Assembly (NCBI GenBank): GCA_035552575.1
Contig: DASZLB010000207.1
Coordinates: 1,519-65,518 of the forward strand
Source of the DNA: Solirubrobacteraceae bacterium
GTDB lineage: Bacteria > Actinomycetota > Thermoleophilia > Solirubrobacterales > Solirubrobacteraceae
Length of the DNA stretch: 64,000 nucleotides
Direction of reading: 5' to 3'
Under the pieces are notes generated by a model that saw only the letters and a list, made by a program, of their open reading frames with translations, did not search any database and was not told where the DNA came from. How positions within the stretch are numbered: the stretch's first letter is position 1; each line of letters begins with the position of its first letter. Below, piece by piece: positions 18,786-28,594 of the stretch. The position numbers and the translations under genes were made by a program.

Positions 18786-21245
18786 ATGATCGTTACCGAT
18801 GCCAACGACAACTCGGCGCGCCGGTCAAGCACTTTCTCGCGTGCCGGTGCACTGAATGCGCTCCGGCGGATACATCCGCATGTATGGGCCGCGGTCCTGC
18901 TCGGGCTGCTGCTGCTGATCTACCTCTGGCCGGCGCTCGTCGAAGGACGCGTGCTGACCGCCGACGCCTCGCTCTACAGCCTTGCTCCGTGGAAGGCATT
19001 CACGCCGAGCAACATCGGCCAGTTTGACAACACGATCCTGATCGACGTGCCGCGCGCCCACTACACCTGGGATCTGTTCGATCGCAACTCGATCCGCAGC
19101 GGAGTCTTCCCCAGCTGGAACAACGAGATCCTTGCCGGCTTTCCGTATTACACGAACAGCCAGTCTGGGCTTACCTCCGTTCTGAACATCCCGCTGTGGC
19201 TGCTGCCGTTCCATTGGGCGCTCGGCTTCGTCGCATGGCTCAAGCTGATGATCGCCGGCTTCGGCAGCTACCTGCTGGCGCGGCGTCTACGCCTTGGCTT
19301 CTGGCCGGCGATGCTCGCCGGCGTCGCGTACAGCTTCTCTGCGTTCAACGTCGTCTGGCTTGCACATCAGACGCTCGTCGCGAGCGCGATCTGGCTGCCG
19401 TGGGCGATCGTGCTGATCGAGTCCCTGCTCCACGGCGTCAGACGACGAGACGTGATGCTGCTCGCGCTGGTGACGGCGCTCGTGCTCAACGGTGGACACC
19501 CGGGGACGGAGGTGCAAACGATGGGTGCCGCTGGTGTCTATGCGCTGGTCCGGGCAATCACGCTCGCCAGTCAGGCAGCGCGCGAACGCATCCAACGGCT
19601 ACTGGTGATCGCGCTGAGCACATTCGTCGGCGCGCTGCTCGTCGCGTTCCTGCTGATCCCGGTGCTGAAGTCTGCCTCTGGAACCGTCGGATTGACCTAC
19701 CGCGAAGGCGGCGGGTTCGTGATGCCGTGGTCGGCGCTGCGAACGATCGCGTTCCCCGACTGGTGGGGACGTCCGAGCGAGATGAACTACGGCGGTCCCG
19801 TCAACTACGTCGAGCGAACGCTCTACGCCGGCACGATCACGCTGCTGCTCGCGGTACTCGCGCTTGCGACCAAGGAGAAGTGGCGGCTGAAGCTGCCATT
19901 CCTCGTGATCGCTGCGCTCGGGATCCTCGTGCCGTTCTCGGTGCCGGTCGTGCACAACGCGTTCGTCGCTTTGCCGCTGTTCTCCTCGGTCCAGGACGCA
20001 CGGATGATTTTCTGGTTCGAGTTCGCCGCCGGGATGCTCTCGGCGTTCGGCCTGCAGGCGCTGCTGAGCGCCTCGCGCGAGTTCCAACGTCGGGTCTGGG
20101 CAGTGCTCGGAGCCGGACTGCTGGCGGGCGTGCTCGCGGCGATCCTGCTCGACCCCTCGTTCCACGAGCTGCGCACTGCGCTCAACCACTTCCGGACCGG
20201 AGCCGAATATCACGTCGAAGACGTGCTCGCGCTGACGAGCATCGGCTGGTGGACGATCTTCACACTCGGCGCCGTTGTCGTGGTCGCGATCTGCCGCAAC
20301 CGGCTCCCCCGCACCGTTCTCGCTGCGGTACTGGTCCTGCTCGCGGCGCTCGACATGTTCCACTTCGCACATGGCTTCCAGCCGATCGGGCCCGCCGGCG
20401 AGGTGATTCCTCCCACCCCGCCGTCCGTCAAGTTCCTCGAGCAACGCGCCCAGCAAGGGCGCACAGTGGGCATCAACAGCGCGCTGACGAACGACTACAC
20501 GATGAACTATGGCTTGCGCGACGTTCGCGGCTACGATCCGCCGCAGCCGACGAACCGCTATTTCCGGCTCTGGCAGCTCGCGAATCCCACACAGGGACCG
20601 AGCGAAGATCTCAGCGTGCCGCAGATGACGCCGACTGCGCTGAAAGTGATGAGCCTGCTCGGCGCTCGCTTCATGCTCGCCGACCCCGCCGAAACGCGGC
20701 TGAGCCTTCCAGGCGTGAAGACGATCTACGCCGGGACCGACGCCGTCGTCTACGAAAACACCCACGCCGCCCCCGCCGCATTCACGCCGACCGAAGTAGT
20801 CCGCGTCTCTGGCCAGCGAGAGATGTTGAGCCGAATCGCCTCGCCGGCCTACCAGCCGACCCGTGAAGCGTTCGTCGAAGGCGCCGCAGGCGCCCTGCAG
20901 GCGGCGCGCGGCGAAGTATCGGTGCAGCGCGACAAGGATGCCGACGTGCGGATGACGGCACGCCTCAGCAGAGGTGGATTGGTCGTCTTGAACGACTCGT
21001 GGGCGCCGGGCTGGTCAGCGAGGATCGACGGGCGTCCGGCGACAATCGTCCGCGTCAACGGCGTGATGCGCGGCCTTGACGTTCCCGCCGGCGAGCACGC
21101 GCTCGCGTGGCACTACAAAGTGCCGGGCCTGAAAGAGGGCATCGCCGTGAGCGCCGTCGGGCTGGTTCTGTTGCTGCTGATCGCCTTGTGGCCCTCGTCG
21201 TGGCTGATTCGGCATTTCAGGCGGCGCCGTGCCGTTCAGGGCTGA
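18786..21245 (+). CDS. YfhO family polytopic membrane protein (GT-C glycosyltransferase-like)
   Basis: G.FP.WN....GFP, AG.AY.FS, WLPW, GGHP, many TM helices, DVRGYDP; C-terminal GLVVLNDSWAPGWSARIDG..RVNGVMRG..VPAGEH. Start ATG 18786 or 18747. Confidence 0.87.
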   Translation: MIVTDANDNSARRSSTFSRAGALNALRRIHPHVWAAVLLGLLLLIYLWPALVEGRVLTADASLYSLAPWKAFTPSNIGQFDNTILIDVPRAHYTWDLFDRNSIRSGVFPSWNNEILAGFPYYTNSQSGLTSVLNIPLWLLPFHWALGFVAWLKLMIAGFGSYLLARRLRLGFWPAMLAGVAYSFSAFNVVWLAHQTLVASAIWLPWAIVLIESLLHGVRRRDVMLLALVTALVLNGGHPGTEVQTMGAAGVYALVRAITLASQAARERIQRLLVIALSTFVGALLVAFLLIPVLKSASGTVGLTYREGGGFVMPWSALRTIAFPDWWGRPSEMNYGGPVNYVERTLYAGTITLLLAVLALATKEKWRLKLPFLVIAALGILVPFSVPVVHNAFVALPLFSSVQDARMIFWFEFAAGMLSAFGLQALLSASREFQRRVWAVLGAGLLAGVLAAILLDPSFHELRTALNHFRTGAEYHVEDVLALTSIGWWTIFTLGAVVVVAICRNRLPRTVLAAVLVLLAALDMFHFAHGFQPIGPAGEVIPPTPPSVKFLEQRAQQGRTVGINSALTNDYTMNYGLRDVRGYDPPQPTNRYFRLWQLANPTQGPSEDLSVPQMTPTALKVMSLLGARFMLADPAETRLSLPGVKTIYAGTDAVVYENTHAAPAAFTPTEVVRVSGQREMLSRIASPAYQPTREAFVEGAAGALQAARGEVSVQRDKDADVRMTARLSRGGLVVLNDSWAPGWSARIDGRPATIVRVNGVMRGLDVPAGEHALAWHYKVPGLKEGIAVSAVGLVLLLLIALWPSSWLIRHFRRRRAVQG

Positions 21246-21250
21246 GCCCC

Positions 21251-23248
21251 TCAGGCGGCTTCGCTGGAGAAAGTCAGCGATGACAGCGCGAGGCCGAGCG
21301 AGCGCTTCTCCGGCCAGAGCTCCGCGTCGCTTCCCACGGGGTTCGACCACTCCGCTTCGGTGTCAAACGACACGATGTAGTCGCCGGCGTCCAGCTCCAG
21401 CGCGAAGGCCTCTTCCCGCCACTCCGCATCCCGCCAGGCGAGCCGCGTGGCGAACGCCTCGTGCGCCTCGCCGAGTGGCTTCATCGTGAGGCGCACGCCG
21501 CCGATCGATGCCGGCGGCAGTCGATAGCTGAGGCGGCCGCTGTGAGCCGCTCGATCGAGGCGGACGACCGCTGCGGCATTGCCGCACGCCCAGCGATAGC
21601 TGCGGTCGGGGCTCTCCTCCGGTTCGAACCAGCCGCGTACGAGTTGCTGCTCGACGCCCGGCGAGCGCATCTCGAGGCCGCCCGGCGGCAGGTCGAACGA
21701 TCGCGCGAACGAGAGTTCGGACAGCGCGAGGGCCAGCGAGCGCGTCTCGGCCGGTGGATCGGACCACCCGCGAGCGCTCGTGAACACGACTTCGTAGTCG
21801 CCGGCCGGCAGCGTCAGTGGATGGTTCTCGACCGACCGCGCGATGTACTGCCATCGCAAGCTGGTACTCCACAGCGTCCTCTGCGGGTCTGTCGAGTCGA
21901 CGCGGCGGACGCGAACGTCGATACCGCCGATGTCGACTGGGACGTGCGCATAGTCGAGCCTGATCCGTCGCGCGGCCTCGTCGAGGTGCACGAACACCGC
22001 CGCATGCACTCCAGCCCAGCGGTAGCTGCGCCCGGGCACGCGCTCGAGCGGAAACCATCCGTACAGCAACTGCCGCTCTGCATCGGGACGCTCGACCGCG
22101 ACCGTTGAACCAGCACGCTGCGGCGACGGGCTCAGCCGCTCGGCGACACCGATCGGAAAGCCGTCGCCCCACGAGTCATCGAGCAGCCCGAATGGAACGG
22201 CCGCCGAGCCACGCAGCCGCCTTCGGCAGGCCAACACGCTTCCTAGGTGGCGGGCGTTCCAGACGATCGACTTGAGCTTTTGCACGCGCACCGGCGCGGA
22301 TGCCCTAGACAGCTCACGCGCCTCGTAGGCGGACCAGCGTGCAAGCGTGCGCGCCGGGGCGTGGCTGAGCACGACGCGCATCCGGTGGCGCTCACAGAGC
22401 AGCCGCTTGCGCACGCCGACGGCTCCCCCATCGGCGGCCAGCGCCCCCGCATCCTCCTCGTCGTCGGTGTCACCCGAGCCGTGATCGATCCAGGCCTCGG
22501 GCGCGACGACTACGCGATAACCGGCGCGCCACAGGCGCACGCCGTAGTCGACGTCGTCGTAATAGTTGTGCATACGCTCGTCGAACGACCCGACCCGCTC
22601 GAGCGCCTCACGCCTGATCGCCATCCCGCAGCCCATCGGGTAGAGCGCCTGCGCGGCGATCTCGGCGTGCTCATAGGACTCGTTCATCGCAAGGTCAGCC
22701 GCCCACCCCTGACGATTGACCGTGCCGCCCGCTCCGTTGATCACGAGCGGGTTGCGGTCGAAGAAGACCGTCGATGCGACGCCGCCGATCGTCTGGTCGT
22801 CGCCGAATACGGCGACGACCTCGCTGAGCCAGTCTGGCGCAGCGAAGCCGTCGGCGTCAACGAACGCGACGATCTCGCCGCGGGCGTGACGCAGACCGAG
22901 GTTGCGCGCGCCCGGACAGCCCCGGTTGCGCTCGCTGCGCACGAGCCGCAGCGCCCCCTCGCGCGCCGCCGCGTCTGCGACCGCGGCGCTGCGATCGGTT
23001 GAGGCGTCGTCTACGACGATCAGCTCGTAGCGCGGATAGTCCTGGGCGAGCAGCTGCTCGATGCAACGGCCGAGCACGCGCTCGGCGTTTGCGCAGACGA
23101 CGATCACCGAGGCAAATGGCCCCTCCGTGCAGCGATCCGTGGCGGTTCGCACACCCGGCTCAGCCGTGGAGACGCCGGCCGCACGCCGGCCGCTGCGCAC
23201 CGCTTCGCGTAGCTGGACCTGGCTGCGTCTCCACCGGTCGTAGTTCAT
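21251..23248 (-). CDS. GT2 glycosyltransferase with two tandem C-terminal beta-sandwich repeats
   Basis: SVIVV, VVDDASTD, NRGCPGARNLG, FVDAD, GCGMAIRR, YYDDVDYG.R; repeats GWF..E...SYRWA. ATGA overlap with the upstream gene. Confidence 0.86.
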   Translation of the reverse strand: MNYDRWRRSQVQLREAVRSGRRAAGVSTAEPGVRTATDRCTEGPFASVIVVCANAERVLGRCIEQLLAQDYPRYELIVVDDASTDRSAAVADAAAREGALRLVRSERNRGCPGARNLGLRHARGEIVAFVDADGFAAPDWLSEVVAVFGDDQTIGGVASTVFFDRNPLVINGAGGTVNRQGWAADLAMNESYEHAEIAAQALYPMGCGMAIRREALERVGSFDERMHNYYDDVDYGVRLWRAGYRVVVAPEAWIDHGSGDTDDEEDAGALAADGGAVGVRKRLLCERHRMRVVLSHAPARTLARWSAYEARELSRASAPVRVQKLKSIVWNARHLGSVLACRRRLRGSAAVPFGLLDDSWGDGFPIGVAERLSPSPQRAGSTVAVERPDAERQLLYGWFPLERVPGRSYRWAGVHAAVFVHLDEAARRIRLDYAHVPVDIGGIDVRVRRVDSTDPQRTLWSTSLRWQYIARSVENHPLTLPAGDYEVVFTSARGWSDPPAETRSLALALSELSFARSFDLPPGGLEMRSPGVEQQLVRGWFEPEESPDRSYRWACGNAAAVVRLDRAAHSGRLSYRLPPASIGGVRLTMKPLGEAHEAFATRLAWRDAEWREEAFALELDAGDYIVSFDTEAEWSNPVGSDAELWPEKRSLGLALSSLTFSSEAA

Positions 23249-25743
23249 TGCGAGCGCGATGGGCGGACGACCTCGATCCAGTGCAGAACCTGCGAGGAGC
23301 GGCACAAACGCGCGAGCCCGCTTGCGCTTACGGGCTGCAGCGGCGGCGTTGCAGGCGAGCTCGGCGCCACTACAAGCGGTCCGATCGAGCGGTTGAACGT
23401 GTCGACGCCTTCGCCGTTGCCCGCGCGCAGGCTCAGGCCACCGCGGGAGATCTCGATCCGGTGGATGCCCTCGGTCAGCTTCGCCGCGCCGATCTCGATC
23501 GTTGCGCCCGGGTAGCTCACCTGATAGGCCGCGGTTCCGACATGCCGCCCGTCCACGCTTACGTCCACAGGACGGCCGGTCGAGCCGCCCATGAAGAAAC
23601 CGTAGGTTTCCGTCGCTGGAATCAAAACCTCGCGCGTCGCTCGCCCGGCGCCGTTGGCGATGATCGCTCCGCCAGCGTTGACAAGCTCACCGCTCAAGAC
23701 CATATTGCTCCCGCCGAGCTGCAGGTAGTGCCTTGGCTGCGTCGTGAAGAGCAGCCTGGCACCGGCGCCCGCCTTGCGCAGAGCCGTCCTGGTTTCCCCA
23801 CAGGCACGGCGTTCGCGGCTGGCCGGCGATCCGCCGAAGGGGATGTGGGCATAGACCGTCGAGGCTGGCGCAGAACGCCGCCAAACCGCGTAGTAGGGAG
23901 AGACGTAGACAAGCCGGTAGTTCGCCGGCGGACGACTGGCCAGCGGATTGCGACGCATCACGATCGTGCGGTAGAGCTCGATCCATTCGAGCGCGAACTC
24001 GTTCATGTCGTAGGCGTAGATTCCGCCGGGTTCAGTCGCACGGTTTACGCCCGGGCGCAGCCCAAGCGAAGGTCCGTTGACGACGCTGTCCTGTGTGTCA
24101 TCTCGCAGGTAGTACTCGGCGTACTCCTCGAAGTCCGGGGTCAACGTCGGCCCCTGGCCGGCAAAGCGTTCGCCGATCCGTTGCAGATCGTGCAGGCGCG
24201 CGTAGGGCGAGAGCGGCGTGTCGTGGTAGAGCAGCGCGTTGCCGAGCAGAACTCCAGCGGCGATCGCGAGCGCCGCGAGCACGGCTGCGGCTCCCGCGAG
24301 CCAGCGCATGTTGGTAGCGAGCTTGCGCATGGCGCTCCTCGCGGCCGCCGCCGGATCTCGGCGCGCCGTCTCGCGAAGGAGTGCTCCGGCGCCCGCGAAC
24401 GCGAGCAGCAGCGTGATCGGCGCGGTTAGGCAGTCGGCCTTGAACTGGATCCACGGCCCGTAGCGATGCGCGACGTAGTACAGGGCGACGGCGCCGGCGA
24501 CACCAACCCACGCCACGCTCCAAGCTCGTCGTTTGATCGCAAACACGAACCCGACGACGGCGAGCACCAGAACGACGATCGCGAGCGCTTTGCTTGGCCC
24601 CTGCTTCGCGAACTGCGGAAAGCGCACGTCGCCGGTGATCCAGACGCCTGCAGCCGCGATCCCCGGCACCGGCGCGCCGAGGTTGCCGAGATCGACGGGA
24701 CCGGCGCCGGTCACGACCGGTAGGAGTTTGGAAGCGGCCGCGAGCGTCGGGAGCGACAGCACGAATGTGACGAGCGCCATCTGCGCCGATGCGAGCATCG
24801 CCGCGATGCGACCGCGCTGGAGCACGATCACCGTCGCGCAGACGCCGACGCTGAGCACGCCGACCCACGGGAGCGTGGTCAAGGAGAGCGATGCGATCGT
24901 CGCCGTCAGTGCAATGGGCACCGCGAGTAGACCGCGCCCTGGCCGCAGCCGGGTCGCGACCGGCACGAGCAATGCGGCCGTGAGCAGCAGGAAGCAGCTC
25001 GTGCAGAGCTCCTTGATCCCGCCCGCCAACGCGTACGCATAGAGCACGTTCGGCTGCGCCGAAACGACTGCTCCGAGCGCACGCAGCGGGCGGTTCTCGA
25101 CGAGTGTGCCGAGTAGAAAGTAGAGCGAGAGCGCCCCCATCGCCGAAACGAACGCGAGGAACGGCTGATAGAGCCACGAGAGGTCGACGGGCGTCAGGTT
25201 CGACAGCGCTCCGAGCGTCCACGTACCGCCGCCGGGATAGCCGGAGGCGAGGTACTTTTTCATCACGATTTCGTACGCCGAGCCGGCGCCGCCAGGGACG
25301 TGGCGGCCGCTGTGAGCGAAGTGCGCCGCAAGGTCGAACTCGTAGGAGATGTCGACGATGTGGCCGTATCCAGTGAAGCCCGGCTTGCCCGAGAGCACGA
25401 TCGGCGATGCGATCAGCACCCACGCGCCGAACGCCGCGACGACCGCCCACAGGTCGGTGCCTCGCCCGCGGCACGCGATCGCGCCCGCCACGATCGCGCG
25501 ACCGAACCACAAGCCACCGAGGCCGACGACGACGAACGCCGGGGCAGCTAGCGGAGCGAGCGACGGGACATAACAGAACAGCCCTCCGACGGTGACGAGT
25601 ACCGCGAGGCCGACGGGGAGCGTAAGCAGAGCCGGGACCGCCTCGGAGCCACAGATGCGACGAACGCCCAAGCCCGTGCCCGCGCAAAGCACCAGCATCA
25701 GGATCGGGAACGCAATCCACGCCAGCAGGAAGACGCCGGTCAT
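23245..25743 (-). CDS. Large integral membrane protein, possible GT-C, with extracellular C-terminal domain
   Basis: More than 12 hydrophobic segments, an early loop with acidic residues (VDISYEFD), GYPGG, KE motif, and a soluble C-terminal region. Confidence 0.7.
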   Translation of the reverse strand: MTGVFLLAWIAFPILMLVLCAGTGLGVRRICGSEAVPALLTLPVGLAVLVTVGGLFCYVPSLAPLAAPAFVVVGLGGLWFGRAIVAGAIACRGRGTDLWAVVAAFGAWVLIASPIVLSGKPGFTGYGHIVDISYEFDLAAHFAHSGRHVPGGAGSAYEIVMKKYLASGYPGGGTWTLGALSNLTPVDLSWLYQPFLAFVSAMGALSLYFLLGTLVENRPLRALGAVVSAQPNVLYAYALAGGIKELCTSCFLLLTAALLVPVATRLRPGRGLLAVPIALTATIASLSLTTLPWVGVLSVGVCATVIVLQRGRIAAMLASAQMALVTFVLSLPTLAAASKLLPVVTGAGPVDLGNLGAPVPGIAAAGVWITGDVRFPQFAKQGPSKALAIVVLVLAVVGFVFAIKRRAWSVAWVGVAGAVALYYVAHRYGPWIQFKADCLTAPITLLLAFAGAGALLRETARRDPAAAARSAMRKLATNMRWLAGAAAVLAALAIAAGVLLGNALLYHDTPLSPYARLHDLQRIGERFAGQGPTLTPDFEEYAEYYLRDDTQDSVVNGPSLGLRPGVNRATEPGGIYAYDMNEFALEWIELYRTIVMRRNPLASRPPANYRLVYVSPYYAVWRRSAPASTVYAHIPFGGSPASRERRACGETRTALRKAGAGARLLFTTQPRHYLQLGGSNMVLSGELVNAGGAIIANGAGRATREVLIPATETYGFFMGGSTGRPVDVSVDGRHVGTAAYQVSYPGATIEIGAAKLTEGIHRIEISRGGLSLRAGNGEGVDTFNRSIGPLVVAPSSPATPPLQPVSASGLARLCRSSQVLHWIEVVRPSRSQ

Positions 25744-25747
25744 CGCG

Positions 25748-28222
25748 TTACTGGTGCTCCGCCGGGACTGGGCTCGCCAAACCGGCGAGCTGCTCCAAGC
25801 GCTCGCGCATGCGCTGCCCGGTCACCGCGGGCGAGAACCGCTCGGCGATGTCGGCGGCGGCGCGCGCGGCCTTGCGCGCGGCCTCCTGCGGGTCTCGATG
25901 GACACGGCGCATCAACTCGGCCGCGTGGTCGACGCTCGGCTCCGCCCATTCGCCCTCAGGCGGGTAGATCTCACATTCGGGCCCGACGCGACCGATGGTG
26001 TAGTCGATCAGGTAGCTGTTTTCGGCGTCCATGAAGTCGACATTGCCCGAGTAGCCGGTCGCGATCACCGGCTTGGACATCGCCATCGCCTCGGCGATCG
26101 TCAAGCCGAAACCCTCGGCGCGGTGCAGCGAGACGTAGCAATCGCACGCTGCCATTAGTCCTGAGAGCGCCTGCGGGCTCAGCGATCGATCGATCACGTG
26201 GATGTCCTCGCGCCCGTCGGTCGCCCACAGCACCTCCTCCTCTGAGAGCGGACGCAGCGGAGCGTTGATCGTCTTCAACAGCAGCCGCGGGCCCTCGCCA
26301 GGCGCGAACGCGCGCTTGAACGCCTCGATCAGGCCGACCGGGTTCTTTCTTTGCACGGTGCTCAGATAGTCGAACACGAACAGGAACAGAAATCCGTCGG
26401 GCACGCCAAGCCGGGTCGGTTCAACCGGCTCGCTCGGGCGAGTGACGGGCGGCGGCAGCGCAAGCACCGGAACCGGCGCTTGCGCGCCGATGTTCTCGGC
26501 CATGAAGCGTGAGTACACCCAGATCTCCTCGATGAGCGCAAACGCCCGCTGCCAACGCGGCGGGATGCTGTTCGTCTCCCAGCCCCAGATGCCAATTCGC
26601 GGCCCCTCGAAATAGCTCTCGCCGAGGCGCTCGACGAAGTCGGGAAGCTCATCGGCGTTGACTGCGACGATCTCAAAGCCGTGCCGCGCGCCGTGCACGA
26701 TCTCCTCGAAGCTGTGCAGCCCATAGTCCTCGCTGAGCTGCACGGCGGGCGCGAGGTGGTGAAGCGGGACGCTGGCCGTCCTCACGGGCACGCCTGCCGC
26801 GGAGAGCGCCTCGACGTATCCGCGCGCCGCCGCCCCGAGACCGAGTGTGTGGCCGAGATACCCCGTCAGGCGTACGGCAACGCCGTCCGCGCCGCGCGGC
26901 GCGGCGCGGCGCGGACGCGGTCGAGAGGCTTGGGCGGCAGCCCTCGGCGTCGGCTGTGACCAGCGCTTCGCGGCAGCGATCGAAGCTGGGCGCGGGGGCA
27001 TGAAACGGTCAGGGACAGCGAGCTCGTTGCGGCCGAACTCCCACGCCCACCGCACATATCCTGCGCCGTCGCTTCCGTTGAGGTCGGGATAGACACGCAG
27101 GACGTCCGGGCGCTCGCGCGAGACGCGATAAAAAAGGTAACGATTGATGCCGCGGCTTCCGCCTCGCGGTGCTGGAGCTTCCAGCCACTCTAGAAACTCG
27201 CGCGTGCCATTTTCGCCGAACAGGTCGTCCACCCCGTCGCCGAGCGCGAGCGCCCGCGCGTAGATGCTCCGCAGCGCGTCGTCGTAGACGAGCCCGTCGG
27301 CGAGCCGCCGCCCGACGTCGTGGCGATAGTCCGCGTCGCTCCAACCGGCCTCGCGCAGCTCGCGCGCGTAGCGTTCGCACAGCCGGCGCAGGAGCGGCGA
27401 GCGACTGACGCGAGCGCGGCTGGCGCTGGCGGCGAGGCGGAATGGCCGGTCGGGATCGAAGCCGGGAAGGTTGAGGAACCGCAACGGTCCGCGCCCATCG
27501 ACAATGACGTGGTCACCGCTTGCGCCGTCGGACGAAAGCACGTGTTCGTGCAGGTTCCACTGTCCGAGGTTGCTGCCTGGGTCGGCGAGGACTCCGGTTG
27601 AGAAGCGCGCCGGCGCGAGCTCGAGGAAGCGCGCCAGCCAAGGCCGGTCCTCCGGTCGAGCGCCGACCGCGAGCGCGTCGAGCGAGCCAAGCGTCGACTG
27701 CACGTGTGCGCTCCACCACCGAAGGAAGTCCTTCGCTCGAGCGCCGGCGTCGACGGCGATCACCGTGTCGTCGATTCGACCAGCGCGTTCGAGCTGCGCG
27801 CGCGATGGTTCGAGGCCGTCGTCAGGCAGCTCACCGGTGAGCCGTGGCACGAGCACCACGCCGCGCTCCTCGAGTAGCGACTCGATCGGCTCGAGGCCAG
27901 CGAGAAGCCACGCGCTGCTCGGAAGGTGCATGAGCGGCTCAGCGTCGCGCTCGAGACGATGCAGCAGCGCGTGCGGAGCGAGCAGCACCGTGAGGTCCTC
28001 CTCGCCGTGGCGGGCGAGCAGCGACTCGACGTCCAGGCCAAGCTCCGTCGCGACCGACGCGACGCGCAGCGAGGGTTCGCTACGCGCTACAGCTTCGACC
28101 GTCGGCTCGCGCGCGATCAGCATCACGGTCAGCGCGCTGTCGGGCGTGTGCCGGCGCAGCGATGCGGCCAGCGCGCGAGCACGCGGCAACGTGCTCATCG
28201 TGGCGAGCGAGATGATCTGCAT
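25748..28222 (-). CDS. Multidomain glycosyltransferase (divergent GT-A-like N-terminus + GT4)
   Basis: C-terminus GLGAAAR, IGIWGWE, RKNP.GLI.AF, CDCYVSLHRAEGFGLTIAEAM..KPVIATGYSGN.DF; N-terminus NLGQWNLHE. Confidence 0.87.
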   Translation of the reverse strand: MQIISLATMSTLPRARALAASLRRHTPDSALTVMLIAREPTVEAVARSEPSLRVASVATELGLDVESLLARHGEEDLTVLLAPHALLHRLERDAEPLMHLPSSAWLLAGLEPIESLLEERGVVLVPRLTGELPDDGLEPSRAQLERAGRIDDTVIAVDAGARAKDFLRWWSAHVQSTLGSLDALAVGARPEDRPWLARFLELAPARFSTGVLADPGSNLGQWNLHEHVLSSDGASGDHVIVDGRGPLRFLNLPGFDPDRPFRLAASASRARVSRSPLLRRLCERYARELREAGWSDADYRHDVGRRLADGLVYDDALRSIYARALALGDGVDDLFGENGTREFLEWLEAPAPRGGSRGINRYLFYRVSRERPDVLRVYPDLNGSDGAGYVRWAWEFGRNELAVPDRFMPPRPASIAAAKRWSQPTPRAAAQASRPRPRRAAPRGADGVAVRLTGYLGHTLGLGAAARGYVEALSAAGVPVRTASVPLHHLAPAVQLSEDYGLHSFEEIVHGARHGFEIVAVNADELPDFVERLGESYFEGPRIGIWGWETNSIPPRWQRAFALIEEIWVYSRFMAENIGAQAPVPVLALPPPVTRPSEPVEPTRLGVPDGFLFLFVFDYLSTVQRKNPVGLIEAFKRAFAPGEGPRLLLKTINAPLRPLSEEEVLWATDGREDIHVIDRSLSPQALSGLMAACDCYVSLHRAEGFGLTIAEAMAMSKPVIATGYSGNVDFMDAENSYLIDYTIGRVGPECEIYPPEGEWAEPSVDHAAELMRRVHRDPQEAARKAARAAADIAERFSPAVTGQRMRERLEQLAGLASPVPAEHQ

Positions 28223-28515
28223 CAGCGACCATTTCGATGTTCGCGCTCGGCGATCTCGCGCCGCAGCGACTCTGCGGTCTCGACGAACTCTCGCGCTAGG
28301 TCCTCGAGGCGCTCGAGCTGCTCGGCGTGCCGCTTGCGCGTGTGCTCGAAGTCGGCCTCCAAGCGTTGAACGCGCGCGCCGAGGCCGCGCCGCTGCGCGT
28401 AGGCGGGCGCGTAGCGCCAGATCGCTTTGCGCGCCGGGTCGCGTAGCCGAGCACGCAGTCGCGCAAGCGGTCGAGCAACGCGAAACTGCGTTGTGATCTG
28501 ATCGTCGGCGGTCAT
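28222..28515 (-). CDS. Small coiled-coil hypothetical protein
   Basis: ATG 28515 preceded by GGGAG; 97 aa ending in heptad-like RVQRLEADFEHTRKRHAEQLERLEDLAREF...; TGATG overlap with the downstream GT. Confidence 0.65.
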   Translation of the reverse strand: MTADDQITTQFRVARPLARLRARLRDPARKAIWRYAPAYAQRRGLGARVQRLEADFEHTRKRHAEQLERLEDLAREFVETAESLRREIAEREHRNGR

Positions 28516-28594
28516 CGCGCTCCCTCGATTATCGCTAAACGTCCCGGACGTCCGCGAGACTGCTCTAGGCTGGCTGGTCTGCCGGCTGGTACCG

